Part shown: positions 53,063 through 64,000 of the stretch, piece after piece
How the letters are laid out: each line of letters opens with the position of its first letter
How positions within the stretch are numbered: the first letter of the stretch is position 1
Origin: Octopus bimaculoides
Taxonomy: Eukaryota
Assembly: GCF_001194135.2 (NCBI RefSeq)
Contig: NC_068983.1
Coordinates: forward strand, 156,550,707-156,614,706
Reading direction: 5' to 3'
DNA length: 64,000 bases
Notes under the pieces: generated by a model
Told to the model about the DNA's origin: nothing
Seen by the model: the letters and a program-made list of their open reading frames with translations, nothing else
Database searches by the model: none
Position numbers and translations under genes: made by a program

Positions 53063-54009
53063 TGTATATGTTACCACATAAATTAATGTTCTGTTTTCTT
53101 TATAGTTGAATGTATATTAATGACTTGAGTGTATATACGTGTAAGTGTGCACGTATGTATTTTTTTTTTGTATGTATGCTTATATAATTTCTATACACAT
53201 ATGCATATATGGTGTATATATTTCCCCATAAATATACAAACCAACATACATACATTTGTGTGTATATATGTATATACATATTTATGTATATATGCATATA
53301 TATCTAAATATATGTATATAAATCTCTATATATATATATTTAACCATATATACACATACCTAATCAAAATCATATATATATATATATATTATATTATATC
53401 ATATATTATATATACATTCATATACAAGTACTAGTTTGAAAGTTAGTATTCAGAATTACATAATTCATTACATTTATGTATATATATATATATATATATA
53501 TATNNNNNNNNNNNNNNNNNNNNNNNNNNNNNNNNNNNNNNNNNNNNNNNNNNNNNNNNNNNNNNNNNNNNNNNNNNNNNNNNNNNNNNNNNNNNNNNNN
53601 NNNNNNNNNNNNNNNNNNNNNNNNNNNNNNNNNNNNNNNNNNNNNNNNNNNNNNNNNNNNNNNNNNNNNNNNNNNNNNNNNNNNNNNNNNNNNNNNNNNN
53701 NNNNNNNNNNNNNNNNNNNNNNNNNNNNNNNNNNNNNNNNNNNNNNNNNNNNNNNNNNNNNNNNNNNNNNNNNNNNNNNNNNNNNNNNNNNNNNNNNNNN
53801 NNNNNNNNNNNNNNNNNNNNNNNNNNNNNNNNNNNNNNNNNNNNNNNNNNNNNNNNNNNNNNNNNNNNNNNNNTGTGTGTCTGCATATTTCTGTGTATTT
53901 GCTGATCTAGAGTTGGGTTAGGAACTAATATCAAGTAAAAGTGCCTGCAACTAAATATATTTGTTCTCTCTTTACAATTTCTACGTTAACTTTTTACAAC
54001 GATAATCTT

Positions 54010-54200
54010 ACAAAATGCTTAGAGTTTTCGTTTCGGTTCTTGACATTCTGAGTTCAAATACTACCAAAGTCAACTTCACCTTTTATCCCACGCTACTTGA
54101 TAAAATAATGTTGGTAAAATAAAGTACCAAACAAATATTAGTGTCGATAAAATTCACTCTTTCTTCCCCTCAGATTTTCTGCCTTGTTCCTATGTTGCAG
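54010..54200 (+). mobile_element. SINE family A, decayed
   Basis: AAATGCTTAG...TTCTGAGTTCAAAT...GTCAACTT..CCTTT.ATCC...AATAAAGTACC...CTTGTTCCTAT matches the reverse complement of 4012-4229. Confidence 0.65.
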
Positions 54201-54589
54201 ATGTATTTTGTCATCTCCTGAGTCTGGTAAAGGAATATAAAATATACGTCAGCAACGGTTTTTGATCGTATTTTGTATTTTGTATCTTGCTACCACCAAT
54301 AAATAAATGTCTTCTTTTTTCCTTTAATTACAAACCCGTTGCTATATCACAAAGGTCAATCAATGAAATTTTAGAATGAGTGATATTTAGCATTCATTCT
54401 CTCAACGGAAACTTATTGTTTGCATTAGAAAATAATAAAGTATCAGGGCAGATAAAAGAAAGCATTACTAGATCCCATTACTATTGATTCAGTTTAAAAT
54501 TTTCCGTGAAAGCTGCTTTCCTTTTTTGTTTTCCTTCCTCCGTGATGTATATAGAAAACATTAAACACAACACCATCATTATTTTGCAG

Positions 54590-55330
54590 TGTTTAGTTAC
54601 GAAATACATCTTTGTCTAGAATTAGATGAAACACAACTAGTGAATTTTACACAAAACCACATGCATCCGTTAGATCTTACTCTGCTTACCACTGATGTCT
54701 GCTACGAAGTTTTTAATATGATGAAAGAAGTTTTTAATACATTTAAGTTATCGGCTAGCTCAAAACAGTGTTGTTACTGCGTATGGGAAGACGCTATTTC
54801 GAAAGATTTTGATTGTCCAGGGAACACTCTACATCGGCAATTACAGGCAATGAACTTATTCCTTGGAAATATCAGAGGTTTATACGAATAATCCTTTAAG
54901 GTATAGATAGAAGGATATATTTGGGAGCTGATTTGTGTGTGTGGGAGGGGTGTAAGGTGTAGTAATAAAAGCAAGTTTGCAAGCCTTCTCAAAGGGTTTG
55001 TCACGAGTATAGTCATATTGTTCAGGGGAGTGATGATGACCAAGAAGTGAAAACATTTCTGGGAAACCATATATTCTCCACGAATATTTTTAGGACATAA
55101 ACTTAGAAATAAATTGCCAAGTTATTCACCGACATATGCTTGTTCAGTAGTAGTGCAACAACCCTGGCGTGACAACTACATAATCAAAATTGTTCACACC
55201 GTAACCATCTATGACCTTATTATCGAACGCAGCTGTTTATTTTTCAACGATGAGTTTCATTCGAGGGAGATTTTGTTGCGGTTTCTCGAAGGTTTCTCAG
55301 CTATTTAGATGTTCAGTTACTGCATCACGA
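54590..55330 (+). mobile_element. Decayed hAT (Charlie/Buster-like) transposase fragment
   Basis: LELDETQLVNFTQ (cf. LQLDESTDV), VFNMMKEVFNTFKLS..C.C.WEDA (cf. CTDGA), IIKIVH (cf. VVKIVN), FHSREILLRFLE (cf. WLSRGKVL.RF.E). Motif similarity by eye. Confidence 0.55.
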
Positions 55331-57262
55331 CCTTCCATTGGACCGTAACTCTTGGATTTTAGTTCAAATATCGCACAGTTTTAATTTCGTAAGGAAGGGA
55401 AAAAAGAAATAAATAAAATATCGTCAAGTTATACAATAAATATTTTATATGAAACAAAATTGTTTCGTTTACAGAACAAAGCAACTAGCTGTTTCAATGA
55501 AAAATAGAAAGAAAATAATTTTAGCATTTCTTTGGCATTTGGCATTTGGCTTGAGGTTGAATTTCTTTGTTAATAATATTTTACACCTGCTCAAGTGTTC
55601 GAAAAGTGAGCAAGATTTTGTCGCTTTTACCATAATTTTTAATAGTTGTATTTTATTTCGAGTATCATTTAAAAGCTGTATAAATTTATAAATTTAGTGA
55701 TTAAAAAAAGTTCGAAGAAATTTTTTTTTATTGTAATCTTGGTATCAAACCGTCAATGTTAAGATGCCTCTATAATGGTTAAATTTTCAATAAATTGCCA
55801 ATGAGTGCCGAGGTTAGAAGAATGTGATTTTCAAGTCGAAGTTGTTTCCAATCAATGAAAATTAATGCTTTACAAATTCTACTGAAATANNNNNNNNNNN
55901 NNNNNNNNNNNNNNNNNNNNNNNNNNNNNNNNNNNNNNNNNNNNNNNNNNNNNNNNNNNNNNNNNNNNNNNNNNNNNNNNNNNNNNNNNNNNNNNNNNNN
56001 NNNNNNNNNNNNNNNNNNNNNNNNNNNNNNNNNNNNNNNNNNNNNNNNNNNNNNNNNNNNNNNNNNNNNNNNNNNNNNNNNNNNNNNNNNNNNNNNNNNN
56101 NNNNNNNNNNNNNNNNNNNNNNNNNNNNNNNNNNNNNNNNNNNNNNNNNNNNNNNNNNNNNNNNNNNNNNNNNNNNNNNNNNNNNNNNNNNNNNNNNNNN
56201 NNNNNNNNNNNNNNNNNNNNNNNNNNNNNNNNNNNNNNNNNNNNNNNNNNNNNNNNNNNNNNNNNNNNNNNNNNNNNNNNNNNNNNNNNNNNNNNNNNNN
56301 NNNNNNNNNNNNNNNNNNNNNNNNNNNNNNNNNNNNNNNNNNNNNNNNNNNNNNNNNNNNNNNNNNNNNNNNNNNNNNNNNNNNNNNNNNNNNNNNNNNN
56401 NNNNNNNNNNNNNNNNNNNNNNNNNNNNNNNNNNNNNNNNNNNNNNNNNNNNNNNNNNNNNNNNNNNNNNNNNNNNNNNNNNNNNNNNNNNNNNNNNNNN
56501 NNNNNNNNNNNNNNNNNNNNNNNNNNNNNNNNNNNNNNNNNNNNNNNNNNNNNNNNNNNNNNNNNNNNNNNNNNNNNNNNNNNNNNNNNNNNNNNNNNNN
56601 NNNNNNNNNNNNNNNNNNNNNNNNNNNNNNNNNNNNNNNNNNNNNNNNNNNNNNNNNNNNNNNNNNNATATATATAACGGGGTGAAGAGAAAGAACACAA
56701 GGAGAAAATGCTAGACGGAAACCTAACGGACACAAAATTTAGGCAAAGATACAATATGCAGAATATTCACAGCTGATTTTTCCTCGTCAGTCAATGACCC
56801 AAACTATCATAGTCGTTTTGTGCCATTTAGCATAGAGACAACTCAATTTTGGAGGGGCCAGTGCTCTTATTAAGCTCTGGGAAAAAAAAGCTAGTTAATG
56901 TTTACTAAGACAGAAACTAACAAGGCATTATATAAATACAGCAGACAAAGAATTATGCATATATAACTACACGAAGCCTTACGGATATATATACAACGGA
57001 AAGAAAAAAAAGATTATACGTGTACCACAGATACAACAGAAAATAACTTTGCAGCTATCGAACGAACTTAGTCGGTTGGCGCAAAGATCAAATGGAGAAA
57101 GTCCTAGAGGACATAGCAGGAGCCCAGACCAGCATGACCAGCAATTTCAGAAAAATAGATCCTTAAATTTCGTTATATATTTCCAGTACCGATTTGTCTA
57201 GGTATGTTGCTTCACTGCATAATTTTGGAAGGTCTACTACACTTTTGCACCACCTACACACA

Positions 57263-57344
<82 letters not shown>

Positions 57345-57397
57345 NNNNNNNNNNNNNNNNNNNNNNNNNNNNNNNNNNNNNNNNNNNNNNNNNNNNN

Positions 57398-57429
<32 letters not shown>

Positions 57430-57759
57430 GTTAGGGGGGAGAGCGCGCGTGTGGGTGTGTGTGTTTATGTGTGCGTGTGTTTAATAGGTTGAACCAAAAG
57501 GATGCGTTCTGGATGTGGTCCAGTATTCCAAAACAAACCGATATAAACTGCAATTAATGTTTCTCCTGAAGAGCTGCTAACCGTTGGCTCTAACGAAAAC
57601 TATTTAGTTGCCGGGAAACTTCCCGAGTAACGATATTGTAGGGAAGAAGCGCTTTAATGTTTAGTATTTAATGCTTCGCCTAAGGGTGGACACAACATGA
57701 ATAACGAGAGAAGAAAAGACAAGTAAATAATTCGACAGTGTCTGAATGAAGAGCACTTG

Positions 57760-58700
57760 ACTAACTACTTTCAGGGAGTGGAAGCCACTGTTGTAACAAA
57801 ATCAAATGCTTGCAGAGGAGGCACCACAACTGTAAGGCACTGTCATTCATTCCATCGAATGGAGTCTTTTAGGGTGTGGTCTAAAATGTCTGTATGTGTA
57901 TCGGCGGAAATGATCGTTATGAGATTCACCAGGCATTTATAGAGGAAAGCCAGCTTTTGTGGTGCACACTTCACAAAGCGATTTCGCCACTAAAGTATCA
58001 TCAGAGATTAGTAGTGACTTTGTGTGTCTAAGTTGCATGCTGATCATATTTACGGAGGTGTTGAAATTGTTTATTGATATGTGTAATGATTGAACATTTT
58101 TAACTCGGAGCTAAGTTTGACAAAACTCGTTGATTAATGTTTTCGATGTCTTATTCTGTGGACTCAGTGTACGTATGGAGTCAGGTATCTAGAGTTTATG
58201 TGGAAGATATTTGCGGAATTGTATCATCTAAGAGTTATTGTATGTGACAGCAAGTCAATGATTTAAAGGAGGGAAAGTATGGAAGGCGAAAGTGGCAATG
58301 AATTAGAGGAAGCAACATCAGCACTGTTGCGGCAGTGCTGCCTGACCGGAAGCTCTCAATGAATGAAATCCATAAGTGAGTAATTTGGCCAGAAGATTTA
58401 GCAGAGGTGATCGCGTTGTACCAGCAGTTGTAAGTTTGAGTGATGTCGAGAACAACATATGTATCTTCAAAGTTTCCGTGAGACCAAAAACCCACTGACT
58501 GTTGACATAACAGTGCAGTTTTCCGATCTGGATTTCTTAAAGCGTTACTGGTTGTAGGGCGGCTATTAAGGAAGGAAGAAGATTGAAAGAGTTTCAGGAG
58601 GATGTTGAAAAATGACAACTGTTTATTTCATTCGTCCCCTTATAGTAAATCAGCATGAAAACCTGAGTTGATGTCGCACGGCACCAGCCCAGTTAAAAAC
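57760..58700 (-). mobile_element. Decayed CR1/Jockey-like RT fragment
   Basis: LLCQQSVGFWSHG...VVLDITQTYNCWYNAIT..KSSG...IESF (cf. LLSDHQYGF...ALDISKAFDKVWH...IESFL), then LHTYTEST (cf. IHSYADDST). Confidence 0.5.
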
Positions 58701-59006
58701 AAAATATCTGCATTACCAAGATTCTTATATGTTCCTACTCCTTGTCTTTCCTCTCCACAAACCTCCCATTGTTTGTCTTCCTCCCCTTTTCTTTCTTCTA
58801 GTTTTACCTTTTCTGCTTCTTCTTAAGTCAGTCCAAGTTTGTCTTTTGGCTCCTAACCACGTTCTCTTGTCTCCCAAACATTTTAAATCCCTTCAAAATA
58901 ACTTAACTCTAATCTTAACTTAAGGTCTCTGCTAATTCTTGTTATGATTTGTAAACCCCAAACAGTTATTACTACCAAATTAAAATCTAAATAATCGGTA
59001 TGCTTC

Positions 59007-59937
59007 ATATTAATTTATCACTTTCTAACCCTCTTTTTGTCATCCCTTTCATATCCGCATACTTCATCTTTCTTTTTCCTTCGCCTTCATTTCCTTTAAC
59101 TGCCCCTCTTCCTCCTCCCCCAACTCATTATTTGATATTTATCCTTTACTTGTTTCAGTAAAGGCTTCAGTATGCAATGGGAAAGAAGGTTTGATGTTGT
59201 ATATACTAAGGCTTGCCTCTTTTTCTTAGTTTTGAATATTAAAATTACTTTTTTCCCCCTAATTAGCCTTCTTTCAGTATGTCATTAAAGCTGCTTTATT
59301 GGAAGAGCATCCCATCTAAATATTTCAACCACTTATTTAGAATGTCGTAGCGTCTTTCAGTCGTTAGTTGTTGTGGTTTTTCAGTATTTGGATTACTCCT
59401 ATACCTCGTGCCACGGCGTGGTTCAAATGCTGTTTTTGTTGTTTCCAACAATTTTCTCAATTGTAAATCCTTTAACGTTCCCCGAATATTATCCACGTTC
59501 TCTTGTGGTAAAGAAGTTCGTTTTGCAACCAGGTGGTCCGGGTCCAGTCGTACTGCGCAGTAGCGATGGCTAGTGTCTTCTACTATTCCCCCGGGCTGAA
59601 CAATGCCTTGTGAGTGAATTTAGAAGAGGGCAACTATGTGGAAGGTTTTTGTATGTGTGTGTGTGTGTGAATGTGATTGTGTTTACTCCCACGTTTTAAC
59701 AACCGGTGTTGGTTAGTTTACGTTTCTGTAATTTAGCGGTTCAACACAAGAGGTTGAATTATTAAGTGCCGCGGTTAAAAACTAAGTGAAACAAGTAAAG
59801 GATAAAGATCAAATAATGAGTAGAGGGAGGAGGAGAAGGGGAAGTAAAAGGAAAAGAAGGCGAAGGAAAAAGAAAGATGAAGTAAGCGGATATGAAAGGG
59901 GTGACAAAGAGAGGGTTAGAAAGTGATAAATCAATAT
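59007..59937. repeat. ~150-bp inverted repeat (59007-59157 / 59787-59937) enclosing a PLE-like fragment and a SINE
   Basis: Arms are reverse complements with few mismatches. The spacer holds a weak minus-strand GIY-YIG-like remnant (59160-59500) and a family B SINE (59560-59810). Confidence 0.85.
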
Positions 59938-60619
59938 AAAATCAAAATAAAATAAAATCACTTTAGTCTGAATGTAAAATGCTTGATTTGTTCAAACAAG
60001 CCTTGGCATTTCTCATGCTGAAGTAGATTTTACGATTTGGTGAGACTCTATTCCGTACGTTCTTTGATATCAGATACTTCATTTTTGTTTTTGTTCTCTT
60101 ATTTCTGTTATTTTTCTTCTTTTTTTTGTGAGACATGTTCTTTATTTCTTGATTTCATCAGAAATTGAGTTTCTTTCTCTTGTTTTTTTTATCTTGTTTG
60201 TATTTGCATTTTATGTTATTTTCACGTGCATTATTATTCTCATTTTAACGTATCTGTAGGTCTAACCACTTTTATTTGTAAATGCAGTGGTTACTGTATA
60301 AAATTTCGTTTGTGTCAACAGCTAAATATTATCTTTGAATTTTTGTTGGTCCTTAGGAAGATATGCCGTTTGTTATTAATTAATTATTTCCTGCTTTATA
60401 TGTCATGGCTATGGATTTTCCATTCTTAAGCTAACCTTATACTCCTATTTACATTTTCATTTCTGTTATACTAAATTAGATTTGCTGGTCCGAAACCTTT
60501 TTTTAAAAAATATTCTATTTAAATTTTCATATTTTTCGCTTCGGAAACGTATATGCATAAGTTAGTTAGTGATTGAGGAACATCCAAACTTTTTTCCCCT
60601 CCGAGCTTTATGAAAATAT

Positions 60620-60818
60620 ATTGGTTTCAAATTTTGGTACAAAGCCAGCAATTTCTAAGATTACATCCATCCCAGTGTTCAACTAGTACTTCAACCCCCA
60701 AAATGATGAATGGCAAAGTCTACCTTAGTAGAATTTGAACTCGTAACCTAAAGACGGTCGAAATGCCGCTAAGCATGTTACCTGGCGAGGTAACGATTCG
60801 ACCAGCTTACTACCTTAA
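60620..60818 (-). mobile_element. SINE family A
   Basis: GGTACAAAGCC...ATTACATC...GGCAAAGTC..CCT...GAATTTGAACTC...GAAATGCCGCTAAGCAT...TAACGATTC matches 4012-4229. Confidence 0.8.
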
Positions 60819-61237
60819 TTTATACGAATACGTATAATGTCTCTGTAAAATATGCATGTTGAATAAAAGCATATTAGTCTCGCATTCATTTATATCATTA
60901 CAATCATTAATTGTACAATTAGTGAGTCAACTCCGGCTTTTCCTTAGATTGTCATCCTTTTCGTCAGTCGAGTTTTACATGCGCCAATTTTGGTATTTCT
61001 TATACACGGTTTTTTATTAGACATATTTGTCAGTTTGGCTTGTTTTGTTCTCTTGAGCCCAATTGTTCTGGTATTGATATGTTCAGTGTACCAACGTTTA
61101 TACACTCGTACTATGTGATCGCCGAATATGATCATTTGAAATATATCTATAATGTATATAAGTAGTAATGATTTTTGTCAGAGCGGCAACTAACATTTTC
61201 TAAGTTAGTTGTGCACCTTCATTATACATCACTTGTG

Positions 61238-61246
61238 ATGAATTTT

Positions 61247-61286
<40 letters not shown>

Positions 61287-63560
61287 GTATTATTATTATT
61301 ATTATTATTATTGTTATTATTATTATTTTCTCTTTATCACAGGTGTCGTTGGAATTCCTGGAGTTTTGCATGCATAGCGGGCTTACTACAGTACCCTGCT
61401 ATCTGTTCTTTTCAGCTATCTAATATTTTCCTGATTATTCTAGCCGTGCCAAGGAAATAAACCTTTTGTGACAGTTCTACTGGACACTCTATTCCAATTT
61501 CATTTATATTCCTCTTGATGCCTTCTGATATAGTTCCCATGGACCCAACAATTATTGATACTATATTTGCCTTCATTTTCCATTGCCGGGTTGTTTCATA
61601 TTTAAGAGGGTTGTATTTATCTATCTATCTTTTCGCCTTCCTTCTTCACTGTTCATGGGTAAAAGGAGCATGCAACCTCAACTATATAGCACATGTGGCG
61701 CACCTCCACTAGATCCGGTCTGTTATGCTTTAGCATCTGATCTTTTTGGATTAGGAAATCCTAGAGGATTTTGCTAGTCTCCGACTCTGCCACCCTCTGC
61801 GGTTTGTGCTCATATCACGTCTTGCCTCTCTCTATCCCCCACGTTTCACACAATGTAACACTTTCGCTACCTGATAGTATCGCCACAATTTGTAGTGGTT
61901 TTGCGCATGTCTAGAGCATTCGTTCGTGACATGGTTTCAGTAGTTTCATCCACTATATTACAGATGCAGCACAGTGGAGACACTTGCCCATTCCTAAGGT
62001 TGACACTCCAGTTCATGGCCAAAACTAGGTCTTGCTCTGCCAGTATATTGCTCTCGGTCTCTTTTTCAGGGTTCTTTTCATCAGCCAATCTCACGTTAGG
62101 AGCTTTCTTGACTTCTTGTCCGTCTGTTTTAGTTCCTCCTCAATCCACTTCAGGATTCCAGCGCCATACCGAACTACTGCGACAGCGCGCGAGTTTATTG
62201 CCGAAATTATGTTTCTGGCATTCAGCTTTTCTCACTCACCGCATGTTCTCTCTTTTTGTCTTTTCCTTCATGTCGTGGTGTTTGATTCTATCTGCCTCAA
62301 GTATTCCCACGTATTTATGGCTGGATTGAGGTTCAATCGCCTTCATCATTTCACCACTTTGCAACCATATGCCTACTGTCATGGAAAGTTTTCCTCGTTT
62401 CATCACCATCGTAGCATATTTTGAGAGTCCAAACTCCATCTTAATATCATTCGAGAAAATCTGAAGACTGGAGTAGACTGTCCAGTCCTGACTCAGTTTT
62501 TGTGAATAGCTTCGGGGCGTCCATGAATAGCAAGTGGTTCAGTTTTCCCTTACCTCTCCCCAGATCATACCCCAACTTTGTTTGTTTTCTGTAGTATTAC
62601 ATTCAAGGAGATCATTCCCAGCACAAATATCAATAGGGACACAAAGTCCCTCTGAAAAATTTCTCTCTTGATTTTCACCTCTCCTAATACTTGATTTCCT
62701 GTTGTCAATTCCGTTCTCCAGCATTTCATGCTATTCCATATAAGGCTTCTCATATTTTATGCTACTCCATACATTTTCATTATTCTTTTTATCTTGGAGC
62801 GTGGTGTCATATTGTATGCATTGCGATAGTCAACCCATGTCATGGTCAGGTTTGTATGTCTTCTCTTTCAGTTCCTGATAATTAGATTATCAATTAAGAG
62901 TTGATCCTTCCTTAACCCGCTCCTTTTTCGGCACCCTTTCTGTTCAATGGGTAGTAGTTCACTTTTTTCCAAGTATCTGTACAGTTCACAACCAATGCAC
63001 CTGACATTAGTTTCTACATTAGCGGAAAGCATGTTGTTGGTCTAAAGTTGAATGCAACACTTCCCTATTCAGGATCCTTGACACACAACGATATCTTTTC
63101 CTCTATCATCCAGCTGGGTATTGAGCTTCCTCCAAGCACTCATCTAGCTGTTGTGCTATCCTTTCATGGAACCCTCTCAGCTTCTTCATACAATAACCTT
63201 GGATCCCATCCGGTCCTGGGCTCTTCCAATTTGGGGATTTTCTTGACTTCTTTTTTATCATTTCTGCAGCTATCTTTATATCTTCTTGGACTTCTATATT
63301 GTTTAACCTATCTTGGAATTCATGCAGCCACTCTGCTTCATCATTATGCTCTACAGGTCGGTATTCCAAGAATACCTTTGCTCTCCTCTGCATCTGGTAT
63401 AATTGTTCTTTTTTTCTTCTTCTATTGTCACATCTTTCCAGTTTTGCTTTGATTGCTACTATTCTTTGTTTCAATTCTTCCAATATCACATTACAACCTT
63501 TATCTCTTATTCTATACGTTCTTTCCAGCATAATTTTTATGCTTTCGTTCTGTTTGTCCC
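61238..63560 (-). mobile_element. R4/Dong-like LINE with internal deletions, ending in an (AAT/GAT)n tail
   Basis: NWKSPGPDGIQGY, EQKGCRK...KDQLLID, GIFQRD, LNHLLFMD, MEFGLSKYATMVMKRGK, KYVGILEAD, AEQDLVL, PLCCICNIVDET; 3' end ...ACACCTGTGATAAAGAGAAAATAATAAT. Confidence 0.9.
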
Positions 63561-64000
63561 CTCTTCTCAATCTATCAACTTGTCCTGAATGTCTGTGGGT
63601 GTGTGCGTGCGTGTGAGTGGGTGTAAGTATGTGTATGTATGTATGTTTTAATGTATACATGCATCTCTCAGCACGTCACATGACTGCTCCGGCTCAAGTA
63701 AGTAACTAAGAAGGTTTGGAAAAAAGTGAAAGTAAATTCCAAGTAATTTGATGACATTGAGCGCGAACTTCAAAGTCACTATCAACTTCTGCAATATAAT
63801 AATAAATGAATAAGGTACTTTACTGAAAAGTAACCTTCGACTGAATTTTCAATTCTCTCAGTATATATCTGTAGATAAAATAAAAATGAAATATTTATCG
63901 ATAAACAGAGAGACAGATAGGCAGGCAAGCAGACAGACAGACAGACAGACAGACAGAAAGATAGATAGTTAGATAGATATCTTTTTATTATAGCCACACA

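Noticed and set aside
54589-54891. 100-aa ORF behind a good acceptor, considered as a host exon
   Set aside because: Motifs here and downstream line up better with a decayed hAT transposase.
57560-57620. CTGAAGAGC...GCTCTAACGAAA
   Set aside because: A 4-nt insertion before GAAA, G at the cleavage position and a poor stem I; at most a decayed motif.
60900-61170. Possible PLE GIY-YIG remnant on the minus strand (IGACKTRL...VDSLIVQ)
   Set aside because: Similarity is too weak to support by eye.
1227-63997. Most ORFs in the supplied track (poly-SL, RE, YI, HT, poly-I/L, and X-filled)
   Set aside because: They are translations of microsatellites or read through N gaps; there is no coding signal.

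Overview
AT-rich, gap-containing eukaryotic scaffold window dominated by microsatellites and decayed transposable elements. The tRNA-headed SINE families and repeat landscape look like Octopus (inference from remembered repeat motifs, not a database search). I could not identify any host protein-coding gene with confidence, and there is no rRNA, true tRNA gene or CRISPR array. Supported content: several R4/Dong-like (RLE-type) LINE copies, including a head-to-tail stack in (AAT)n tails and one 5'-inverted copy; a CRE-like LINE; CR1/Jockey-like fragments; Penelope-like elements (PLE); mariner, Tc1 and hAT relics; two SINE families; and foldback/MITE hairpins. The main result of the hunt is three independent loci with type-I hammerhead ribozyme (HHR) folds, read by eye. 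One lies in the inverted pseudo-LTRs of a PLE (15.7-18.0 kb). Two lie in non-coding ~365-370-nt units (28.6-29.1 kb and 42.4-43.2 kb) that share the PLE's 5'-inverted architecture, like PLE-mobilised retrozymes. The 28.9-kb ribozyme has the rare compensatory U3-A8 core (UUGAUAA instead of CUGANGA), and its inverted piece contains a unit-to-unit junction implying a concatemeric or circular template. All assignments are manual; none was checked computationally.
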